A stretch of DNA of 64,000 bases from an uncultured Gammaproteobacteria bacterium (lineage in GTDB: Bacteria > Patescibacteriota > Patescibacteriia > UBA10025 > JAHIVO01), in NCBI GenBank assembly GCA_964415025.1, contig CAYPXF010000005.1, positions 1,484 to 65,483 on the forward strand, read 5' to 3'. Position numbers and translations under genes: made by a program. Positions 56,831 to 64,000 of the stretch are shown one piece after another. A model generated the notes under the pieces. It was not told the DNA's origin, did not search any database, and saw nothing but the letters and a program-made list of their open reading frames with translations. How positions within the stretch are numbered: the stretch's first letter is position 1; every line of letters begins with the position of its first letter.

Positions 56831-57166
56831 TTATTTACTGAGTATTTTCTGCAGGTACCTGTATATAATTTTACCATGCGGACTGCGTTTATTCAATCGC
56901 TTGAGAAACAGCTTGGCTTCTTTTTTCTTGGCAATATCTGGAATGGTACCCAGTTTCAGAAGTCCGTCGAAAACAAAGATTTTGTAAATTTCTTCCTCGG
57001 ATAATCCGAGTATCCTGAACGCTTTAATGGCTGTTTTTTCCGATGGCTGACGCTGTTCTTTTTCGATACGAAACAGCGAGATGCGGTTAATGCCGAGCTT
57101 TTTGGAAAGCTCCATAACGCCCATCCCTTGTTCGGTGCGTAGTATTTTTATCAGTTCGCCAAGCAT
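56831..57166 (-). CDS. XRE-family helix-turn-helix regulator
   Basis: LGELIK.LR..QGM...ELS..LGI.R..L.RIE..QR.PS. Confidence 0.85.
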   Translation of the reverse strand: MLGELIKILRTEQGMGVMELSKKLGINRISLFRIEKEQRQPSEKTAIKAFRILGLSEEEIYKIFVFDGLLKLGTIPDIAKKKEAKLFLKRLNKRSPHGKIIYRYLQKILSK

Positions 57167-57294
57167 AGTTGTATAGACAGTATATCATTTGGCGTGTCCT
57201 CTGGCGAGAGGGTGGGGTGTGGATAAGTTGCCTTGACAGGCAACATGGGGTGATATAAAGTAGTTGGTTATATATGTTACCTAAATAGGCAACT

Positions 57295-57894
57295 ATGGAT
57301 ATAGGTCAATACAATCTTCAGCAAAAAAGGGTTTCCCCAGAAGGACTGTTTGCACGCATATCTCGGGAAATGCAGGTGAAAATAAATTGCTGTAAACTAT
57401 GCTTTTTAATGCAGGATGCAAATTCGACTAATTTTATTACTGTCTATACAAAAACCCACGATCGCCTCATCATAACTAAAAAAGAAATTGAGGCCTTAGA
57501 ACAGGAGTCAAGGGAAACAGTTATTATGTATCCCTTGCAGTTATTGCGCAAGAATAAGTCTGGTAAATGGTATTTTATGAATAAAACATACTGGAGCATT
57601 AAACTTAAAAAAATATTCGCCATACTGCCAATTTACGATGACAATACAATAATTTGCCTAGTTGTTTTTTTAGATCAAAATATTAAGAGTAAATTAATTA
57701 GTAACTATTCTTATATCACGCTATTGCGAAGAGAAATAACATACTGCATAAAAGCAATTATGCTTTATAACCGTTCCATTGCAAGAATCGTAGAAACAAG
57801 AGCTGGCATTAAACAAAATCCGTCATATCGAACAAACTATTTTATTAAAAAACAAGATTTAGTCCTGATTGTAGATAAAATAAGATTTTGGTAA
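57295..57894 (+). CDS. Stand-alone divergent GAF-like protein
   Basis: Motif-level similarity to the island kinase GAF (GQYNLQQ, FAILPIYDDNTIICLVV, AIMLYN). Confidence 0.5.
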   Translation: MDIGQYNLQQKRVSPEGLFARISREMQVKINCCKLCFLMQDANSTNFITVYTKTHDRLIITKKEIEALEQESRETVIMYPLQLLRKNKSGKWYFMNKTYWSIKLKKIFAILPIYDDNTIICLVVFLDQNIKSKLISNYSYITLLRREITYCIKAIMLYNRSIARIVETRAGIKQNPSYRTNYFIKKQDLVLIVDKIRFW

Positions 57895-57991
57895 TATTAT
57901 ATTTAAGTAGACCCATCTTGCTTCGAATGTTAGATTGACTACTGTCTATATATTATAGGAATATAAATTATTTTAACATTACTTATTAATT

Positions 57992-58501
57992 ATGCCCGAT
58001 GATATTATTTTGGTTAATGCACAAGATGAACAAATCGGTACGGGTGAAAAAATGCCGGTGCATGAGCAAGGGTTGCTGCACCGCGCCTTTTCAGTGCTTA
58101 TTTTTAATAGCAATGGAGAGCTGCTGCTCCAGCAGCGGGCTAAAAGCAAGTACCATTGCGGTGGACTGTGGACCAATACAGTCTGCAGCCATCCCCGGTC
58201 GGGGGAGAGCATACTAGAGGCTGCCCACCGCCGGCTGCAGGAGGAAATGGGTTTTAACTGTGTCCTGCGGGAAACAGACAAGTTTACGTACCGCGCCGAG
58301 TTTGACAACGGCCTGATCGAGCATGAGATAGATCATGTGGTTACCGGCCTTTTTGACGGGAATCCGGAGATTAATCCAGACGAGGCTGATGCCTATCGGT
58401 GGATATCATTGCCAGACCTGCGGCATGACATGAAAACCAGTCCGGAAAAGTATACCCCGTGGTTTATAAAAATTATCGGCGAACGTTTATTCATTCGTTA
58501 G
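57992..58501 (+). CDS. idi: Isopentenyl-diphosphate delta-isomerase, type 1
   Basis: H..GLLHRAFSV, LLQQRA..KYH..GLWTNT.CSHP, RRL.EE.G, EHE.DHV, TPWF. Confidence 0.95.
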   Translation: MPDDIILVNAQDEQIGTGEKMPVHEQGLLHRAFSVLIFNSNGELLLQQRAKSKYHCGGLWTNTVCSHPRSGESILEAAHRRLQEEMGFNCVLRETDKFTYRAEFDNGLIEHEIDHVVTGLFDGNPEINPDEADAYRWISLPDLRHDMKTSPEKYTPWFIKIIGERLFIR

Positions 58502-58593
58502 GAGCCAATTTTGTTATTAGGACTTAATGCCCGTTTTTACAGTAAGACCTGTTTTGACCTATACTTTTATACAGAGTATACTAGAATTTGCCT

Positions 58594-58902
58594 ATGCGTT
58601 TAACCACATTAGTAACTATTGCAAGCTTTTTAGCCATTACCGGACTGGCAGTGTTGATATTTCACTATGCCATGCCGTCGGGTATGTCCATGAGCGAGGA
58701 ACAGTGCCTGATGCATTGCTTGTCTGCAGGTGATATACAAATACTGGCCACTTCAGTGATAACTGCTTTTGCCCTGCTGCTGGGCGTGATGCTGGCATAT
58801 GATAGTGGCTATGTTTTTCGTTTCCTGTCCCCTGTAGCAGTCAAACAGAAAATATTTCATCCGCCGCCCAGTATCATCGGCAGTACGGTGCTGCTAGAAT
58901 AA
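58594..58902 (+). CDS. Small membrane protein with a CxxHC motif
   Basis: Two hydrophobic segments, MSM..CLMHC; heads the copper cluster. Confidence 0.6.
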   Translation: MRLTTLVTIASFLAITGLAVLIFHYAMPSGMSMSEEQCLMHCLSAGDIQILATSVITAFALLLGVMLAYDSGYVFRFLSPVAVKQKIFHPPPSIIGSTVLLE

Positions 58903-58951
58903 AATAATTTCTTTAGTACGATAGTTAATCATTAAGTATCGCTTTTTTGCT

Positions 58952-59434
58952 ATGAATAGATCTAAGAAAATTACGTCGTATGTGATAAGCGCAGTCATAC
59001 TGAGTGGAGTCTTGTTTTGGGGCGTTACGGCATTATCTGGCAGTGAACTGGAAAGCATCACGACAGAAACGAAAAAAGTAACACTGTATAAATCGCCGAC
59101 TTGCGGCTGCTGTGTCAGTCACGCGGCGTATTTGCGACGAAATGGATTTGAGGTAGAGATAGTCAAGACAGAAGATATGGACGCGATCAAAGAGCAGTAC
59201 AATATTCCATCGCGATCCCAAAGCTGTCATACCACAGTTACGGGAGACTATGTAGTGGAGGGGCATGTTCCAATTGAAGCAATTGACAAGCTGCTGACCG
59301 AACAGCCGGACATTGACGGCATTGCTCTGCCAGATATGCCTTCGGGTTCGCCTGGTATGCCGGGACCGCAGACAGAGCCGTTTGTCGTGCAGGCACTGTC
59401 AGACGGTCAGATTTCAACATTTACAGAACTCTAA
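58952..59434 (+). CDS. DUF411/CopG-like metal-binding protein
   Basis: YKSPTCGCC, SCHT, EGHVP, P.MP.GSPGM. Confidence 0.9.
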   Translation: MNRSKKITSYVISAVILSGVLFWGVTALSGSELESITTETKKVTLYKSPTCGCCVSHAAYLRRNGFEVEIVKTEDMDAIKEQYNIPSRSQSCHTTVTGDYVVEGHVPIEAIDKLLTEQPDIDGIALPDMPSGSPGMPGPQTEPFVVQALSDGQISTFTEL

Positions 59435-59438
59435 ACCT

Positions 59439-59939
59439 ATGAAAAATCACACACCGCTTAAATATTTTCTCGTCGGATTTGCCGCCTTGCTCGGCGGAGC
59501 AGTACTGGCTGTAAGTTTCGCCGCACCAGCTACGTTTGTGCATTTAAATCCGTCACATGACCATATGGACCATATGGCTATGCACCGTGAGGATTTTCTG
59601 GACCAGCGCAATGCCATGCACATGGCTATGATTGATGCGGGTGAGTATGCTTGTTGTCTGGAAAAGCCCTGCACCTACTGCATAGAAAAAACCCCGGGGC
59701 ACGGTGAAGGAGCTACCTGTGATTGTTTGGCTGATGTGGTCCAGGGCAGGCATCCGTGCGGTGAATGTATAGGTGAAATCCTGGAGGGACACGGTAATCC
59801 GTATTTGTCACAGTATTTTGCCGCTTCAATTGCCGAGGAAGTGGGCGAGGAACATATTGATACGATACAGCAGATTATTGATGCAAAGTATCCCGCAGAC
59901 GGCTGTGAAACAGAGGAATTCTGTGAACTCGATATCTAA
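59439..59939 (+). CDS. Exported Cys/His/Met-rich putative metal-binding protein
   Basis: TM; HDHMDHMAMH; CCLEKPCTYC, CDC, HPCGECIGE. Confidence 0.7.
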   Translation: MKNHTPLKYFLVGFAALLGGAVLAVSFAAPATFVHLNPSHDHMDHMAMHREDFLDQRNAMHMAMIDAGEYACCLEKPCTYCIEKTPGHGEGATCDCLADVVQGRHPCGECIGEILEGHGNPYLSQYFAASIAEEVGEEHIDTIQQIIDAKYPADGCETEEFCELDI

Positions 59940-59996
59940 TACATATGATCTGGCGTACGCCAGAAAGAAAAGTAATACAAAGTAACACATAACTTT

Positions 59997-60791
59997 ATGG
60001 AAGAGCAAAAAAATAAACAACCAACGTTATTCGAGACACTAGGTCCGCAAAAAACATTCTGGCTCGGTGTTATCGCCACTGTTTTAGTGGCCGGGACTAT
60101 TGGATTTATCGTGATGCTAGTTGGGGGCGAGAGTACCGCATCTACAGCCAACACGAATAAAACATTTGCCGGTGCCGGTAATACGAATACGGCTGTTAAT
60201 AAAGCTCCGGCCCCGACGGCCCAGCCGTCTCAAGACATAGAGGTAAATCCGGTAACCGGAGAAGACCATATCAAAGGTGATTTGGATACAGCTGAAGTAG
60301 TTGTGGTTGAATTCTCTGATACGGAATGTCCGTTTTGCAAGCGCTTCCACTCTACCATGCAGCAAGTGGTGGACGAATACGGTGACCAGGTTGCCTGGGT
60401 CTACCGCCACTTTCCACTTGATCAGCTGCACAGCAAGGCGCGCAATGAAGCAATAGCCACAGAATGTGCTGCCGAGCTAGGAAGTAATAAAGGATTTTGG
60501 GCATTCCTGGACAGGCTGATGGAAATTACGCCGTCCAACGACGGGCTCCAGGCCAGCCAATTGCCGGAAATTGCGGAGTATGCCGGACTGGACGTAACTG
60601 CATTTGAGACCTGTCTGGAGAGTGAGCGCTACGCTGACAAGGTTCAGGATGATGAACAGGACGCAGCCACTGCCGGCGGACGCGGCACGCCGTATTCAGT
60701 AGCTATTTCTAAGGACGGCCAGACAGTGCCGATTAATGGCGCGCAGCCGTTTGCCTCGGTTAAGGCGACGATTGACAGCTTACTGCAATAA
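59997..60791 (+). CDS. DsbA/BdbD-like thiol-disulfide oxidoreductase
   Basis: EFSDTECPFCKRFH, YRHFPL, GTP, GAQP. Confidence 0.92.
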   Translation: MEEQKNKQPTLFETLGPQKTFWLGVIATVLVAGTIGFIVMLVGGESTASTANTNKTFAGAGNTNTAVNKAPAPTAQPSQDIEVNPVTGEDHIKGDLDTAEVVVVEFSDTECPFCKRFHSTMQQVVDEYGDQVAWVYRHFPLDQLHSKARNEAIATECAAELGSNKGFWAFLDRLMEITPSNDGLQASQLPEIAEYAGLDVTAFETCLESERYADKVQDDEQDAATAGGRGTPYSVAISKDGQTVPINGAQPFASVKATIDSLLQ

Positions 60792-60852
60792 TCAGTAGCT
60801 GACCTGCGGCGGCAGTTGGGGCCGCCGCAGGTTTATGATAGGATAATAGGGC

Positions 60853-62826
60853 ATGGACAATCACAACCACAGCCATAACCATAGCGATCATCATGCCCAC
60901 ATGATCCGGGATTTTCGCCGGCGTTTTTGGGTTTCCCTGGTTTTAACCGTGTCCATACTGGTATTAGCACCGCTGATCCAGGAGTGGTTAGGTATTCAGG
61001 AAACACTGGCATTCACGGGCGACAGCTATGTACTGTTTGTGCTATCCTCGGTTGTTTTTTTCTACGGCGGCTGGCCATTCCTTAATGGGTTGTATGATGA
61101 GCTGAAGAAAAAACAGCCCGGCATGATGACGCTGATCGGCGTAGCCATAACAGTCGCCTATGTATATAGCACGGCGGTAGTCTTTGGCCTGTCGGGCAAG
61201 ACGTTTTTTTGGGAGCTGGCCACCTTAATCGTAGTTATGCTGCTCGGCCACTGGATAGAAATGCGATCAGTCATGGGTGCCTCAAAAGCGCTTGAAGAAT
61301 TAGCCAAACTATTGCCCAATACCGCCCATAAACTACAGGGCGACGGTTCAACCAAAGACGTACCAATTGAGGAGCTTAACAAGGACGATAAGGTTATCAT
61401 CAAACCAGGCGAAAAAATACCAGCTGACGGTATTATTACCGAAGGCAGTACGTCAGTCAATGAAGCTATGATCACAGGTGAATCCAAACCTGTTGCCAAA
61501 GAAAAAGAAAATGAGGTTATCGGCGGTTCTGTGAACCAGGACGGCTCTATCACTGTCCAAGTAAAGAAAACAGGCAAAGATTCATATTTATCCCAAGTAG
61601 TAGAAATGGTTAAGTCAGCCCAGGCCGGTAAATCCCAGACCCAGAACCTGGCCAACCGAGCCGCTTTTTGGCTGACTATTGTTGCCCTAGGCAGCGGTAT
61701 TATTACCTGGTTGGTGTGGTACCTGGTCGTCGGCCGCGAATTTGTGTTTGCCCTGGAGCGGACGGTTACGGTCATGGTCATTGCCTGTCCGCACGCGCTG
61801 GGTCTGGCAATACCGCTCGTCGTGGCCGTATCCACTTCTTTATCCGCTAAAAATGGACTGCTGATACGTAACCGCAGCCAGTTTGAGCAGGCGCGGGATA
61901 TCCAGGCTGTGATGTTTGATAAGACCGGCACTCTGACCAAAGGTACGTTTGAGGTAACGGATATTATTACTTTTACCGACATAGATAGGGACGACCTATT
62001 ATCCCTGGCCAGCGCGGTCGAATCACGGTCCGAGCATACCATAGCCCGGGCTATTGCTCAGGCAGGCGATTTGGACAAGCAGGTATCAGATTTTCAGGCT
62101 ATTCCAGGGAAAGGAGTGCAAGGTACGGTTGGTGATAAAGAGATTAAAATTGTCAGCCCAGGTTATTTGGAGGAAAATGATATTTCGATTGACAGTAATG
62201 ATGCTGATGATGCATTACAACAAGGAAAAACAGTGGTCTATGTTTTAATTGATGACAAACCGCAGGGCGCAATTGCCCTGGCAGACGCGGTACGTGAAGA
62301 ATCCAAACAAGCAGTGAAAAAACTCAACGACCTCGGCCTGAAAGTAATGATGATCACGGGCGATAATAAGCAGGTAGCAGAAAACGTAGCCGGGGAGCTG
62401 GGAATTGACGAGTATTTTGCTGAAGTCCTGCCGGATAAAAAGGCAGATAAGGTAAAAGAAGTCCAGTCGCGGGGTATAACCGTGGCTATGGTCGGAGACG
62501 GCGTTAATGACGCACCAGCATTAGCCCAGGCTGACGTAGGCATTGCTATTGGCGCCGGCACAGATGTGGCCGCCGAAACTGCGGACGTGGTACTTGTCAA
62601 AAACAACCCGCTGGACGTACTCAAGCTGGTCCGCTATGCCAAGGCTACGTATCGGAAAATGATCCAGAACCTGATCTGGGCCACGGGATACAATGTCATC
62701 GCCATTCCGCTGGCCGCCGGTGTCCTGGCCGGTATTGGCATCATATTAAATCCGGCCATTGGCGCTCTGCTTATGTCAGCGAGTACTGTAGTCGTGGCAG
62801 TCAACGCACGGCTGCTAAAAGTGTAG
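60853..62826 (+). CDS. copB: Copper-translocating P1B-type ATPase (CPH motif, CopB-like)
   Basis: His-rich N-terminus, TGES, IACPHALG, DKTGTLT, GDGVNDAP, YN..P, MSAS. Confidence 0.88.
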   Translation: MDNHNHSHNHSDHHAHMIRDFRRRFWVSLVLTVSILVLAPLIQEWLGIQETLAFTGDSYVLFVLSSVVFFYGGWPFLNGLYDELKKKQPGMMTLIGVAITVAYVYSTAVVFGLSGKTFFWELATLIVVMLLGHWIEMRSVMGASKALEELAKLLPNTAHKLQGDGSTKDVPIEELNKDDKVIIKPGEKIPADGIITEGSTSVNEAMITGESKPVAKEKENEVIGGSVNQDGSITVQVKKTGKDSYLSQVVEMVKSAQAGKSQTQNLANRAAFWLTIVALGSGIITWLVWYLVVGREFVFALERTVTVMVIACPHALGLAIPLVVAVSTSLSAKNGLLIRNRSQFEQARDIQAVMFDKTGTLTKGTFEVTDIITFTDIDRDDLLSLASAVESRSEHTIARAIAQAGDLDKQVSDFQAIPGKGVQGTVGDKEIKIVSPGYLEENDISIDSNDADDALQQGKTVVYVLIDDKPQGAIALADAVREESKQAVKKLNDLGLKVMMITGDNKQVAENVAGELGIDEYFAEVLPDKKADKVKEVQSRGITVAMVGDGVNDAPALAQADVGIAIGAGTDVAAETADVVLVKNNPLDVLKLVRYAKATYRKMIQNLIWATGYNVIAIPLAAGVLAGIGIILNPAIGALLMSASTVVVAVNARLLKV

Positions 62827-62905
62827 TGAGCAAGTGGAGTTTAGCATATGGCATATAGCTTGATGCGCATGGCCAATAGTTCATTGTATATGATATTATT
62901 ATGGT

Positions 62906-63604
62906 ATGGCCCTGACAGACCTTAAAAAAGATTTGAAAAAAGCCGGCAATAAAAAGCAAGCCGCGGTTTTGTCGCGTTTTTTTAAGACTGGCAAAGGGGA
63001 GTACGGTGAAGGTGATGTTTTTCTCGGTATTAAGGTCCCAGTACAGAGAAGTATTGCTAAACAGTATCCTGATCTGCCGTTACGAGATATTGCCAAGCTG
63101 CTGAAAAGCAAAGTGCATGAAGAACGCCTGACAGCACTTTTTATTCTGGTACATCAGTTCAAACGGGCAGACGAGAAAAAGCGGAAACAAATATATAATC
63201 TCTATTTACAAAACGCCAAACAGGTCAATAATTGGGATCTGGTCGATTTATCCGCGCCAAATATTGTCGGGGAATATTTATTAGACAAGCCGCGGAAAAT
63301 TTTATATAAACTGGCCCGTTCGAAAAATCTGTGGGAGCGGCGGATCGCCATGCTGGCTACTTTTACGTTTATCCGCAATAATGATTACGCTGACACATTA
63401 AAACTTGCAGAACTGTTGCTGTATGACGAGCATGATTTGATGCATAAGTCGGTCGGCTGGATGCTGCGTGAAGTAGGCAAGCGTAACCAGCGGTTGCTCG
63501 AGGAATTTTTAGGCAGACACTATCAAATTATGCCGCGGACTATGCTGCGGTACGCCATCGAAAAATTTCCGGAGCATAAGCGTCAGCAGTATTTAAAAAA
63601 ATAA
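62906..63604 (+). CDS. AlkD-family DNA alkylation repair protein
   Basis: FFKTG.GEYGEGD.FLG, NNWDLVD.SA, WERR, K.VGWMLRE.GK, PRT.LRYAIE. Confidence 0.9.
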   Translation: MALTDLKKDLKKAGNKKQAAVLSRFFKTGKGEYGEGDVFLGIKVPVQRSIAKQYPDLPLRDIAKLLKSKVHEERLTALFILVHQFKRADEKKRKQIYNLYLQNAKQVNNWDLVDLSAPNIVGEYLLDKPRKILYKLARSKNLWERRIAMLATFTFIRNNDYADTLKLAELLLYDEHDLMHKSVGWMLREVGKRNQRLLEEFLGRHYQIMPRTMLRYAIEKFPEHKRQQYLKK

Positions 63605-63630
63605 ACCGCACAGTGTCTGTGCGGTTTTTT
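63603..63630. terminator. Bidirectional terminator
   Basis: aaaccgcacag-tgt-ctgtgcggtttttt. Confidence 0.75.
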
Positions 63631-63633
63631 ACT

Positions 63634-63969
63634 TCAGGAAAGAGTATATTTCCCAAATTCAGTGGTGGGCATTGTTTTGATGAATTTTGCCAAATTTTCC
63701 TGACTGATAGCCGTCTGGCATTTATTTTTTATCATGGTCAGTTCGTAACTAGTGCTGACAACGGCTGTCAGTAGCCGGGATAACAACGTCGGCTCGGCGC
63801 GTTTTCTGGTACTGCGTACGAGGTAACACCGGATGCGTTGTTGCAGATCCGCGCATAATTGCTCAAGGCTAGCATTCTGCACGTCAGGAACGCTGATTGT
63901 TTTGCCCTGGCGGTTTGCCTCGGTATGGCACACGACCGCCAGCCACAGCACGTCTTTTTCCATTTTCAA
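63634..63969 (-). CDS. Hypothetical protein
   Basis: 111-aa ORF converging on the terminator; start uncertain. Confidence 0.45.
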   Translation of the reverse strand: MKMEKDVLWLAVVCHTEANRQGKTISVPDVQNASLEQLCADLQQRIRCYLVRSTRKRAEPTLLSRLLTAVVSTSYELTMIKNKCQTAISQENLAKFIKTMPTTEFGKYTLS

Positions 63970-64000
63970 GTGCTTTATCTTTTCACACGCGTCGTCGATA

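Larger units (their letters stand above)
46597..57991. mobile_element. AT-rich genomic island bracketed by the duplicated idi 5' end
   Basis: Direct repeat of ~70 bp of idi at both ends; visibly lower GC; signalling and TA cargo; no integrase seen. Confidence 0.65.

Noticed and set aside
57218-57226. Perfect DnaA box (tgtggataa)
   Set aside because: A single copy with no cluster or dnaA nearby; not evidence of oriC.
61158-62042. Long antisense ORF (294 aa) and many other shadow ORFs in the track (e.g. 7647-8213, 15159-15818, 36834-37376)
   Set aside because: They overlap well-supported genes and carry no motifs; they are codon-bias shadows.
1-64000. CRISPR array, diversity-generating retroelement or shufflon explaining the repeats
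   Set aside because: I saw no regularly spaced short repeats, cas genes, reverse transcriptase or invertase. The 720-bp repeat lacks adenine-specific mismatches.

Overview
The window looks like Patescibacteria (CPR) chromosome in genetic code 11. This is inferred from the family content: a type IV pilus locus without PilQ, GWAWS-repeat giant proteins, single-domain 'LLTNL' receivers and 7TM-GAF kinases. In order, it holds: (i) htpX-lemA on the minus strand; (ii) about 19 kb of giant exported proteins, namely three paralogous fibre-like propeller proteins with shared N- and C-terminal caps and a ~3230-aa mosaic protein with domains nested inside conserved motifs; (iii) a type IV pilus locus (pilMNO, FN3 protein, pilB, receiver, pilC, major pilin, GT2 plus O-antigen-ligase-like glycosylation pair, minor pilins, pilD), with a candidate 6S-like structured RNA behind the major pilin; (iv) ligA-gatC-gatA-receiver-ndk and tRNA-Pro(GGG); (v) an ~11.4-kb AT-rich island bracketed by a duplicated 5' end of idi; (vi) a copper/disulfide cluster and alkD. 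The island is the most striking part. It carries two tandem cassettes, each built as conserved 58-bp promoter, putative small-molecule synthase(s), then a variable 7TM sensor fused to an identical 720-bp TM-GAF segment. Only the second sensor keeps its kinase, and recombination between the repeats would swap sensor specificity in frame. This suggests an undescribed, switchable signal-synthase/receptor (quorum-sensing-like) cassette system. All calls were made by eye with no database searches.
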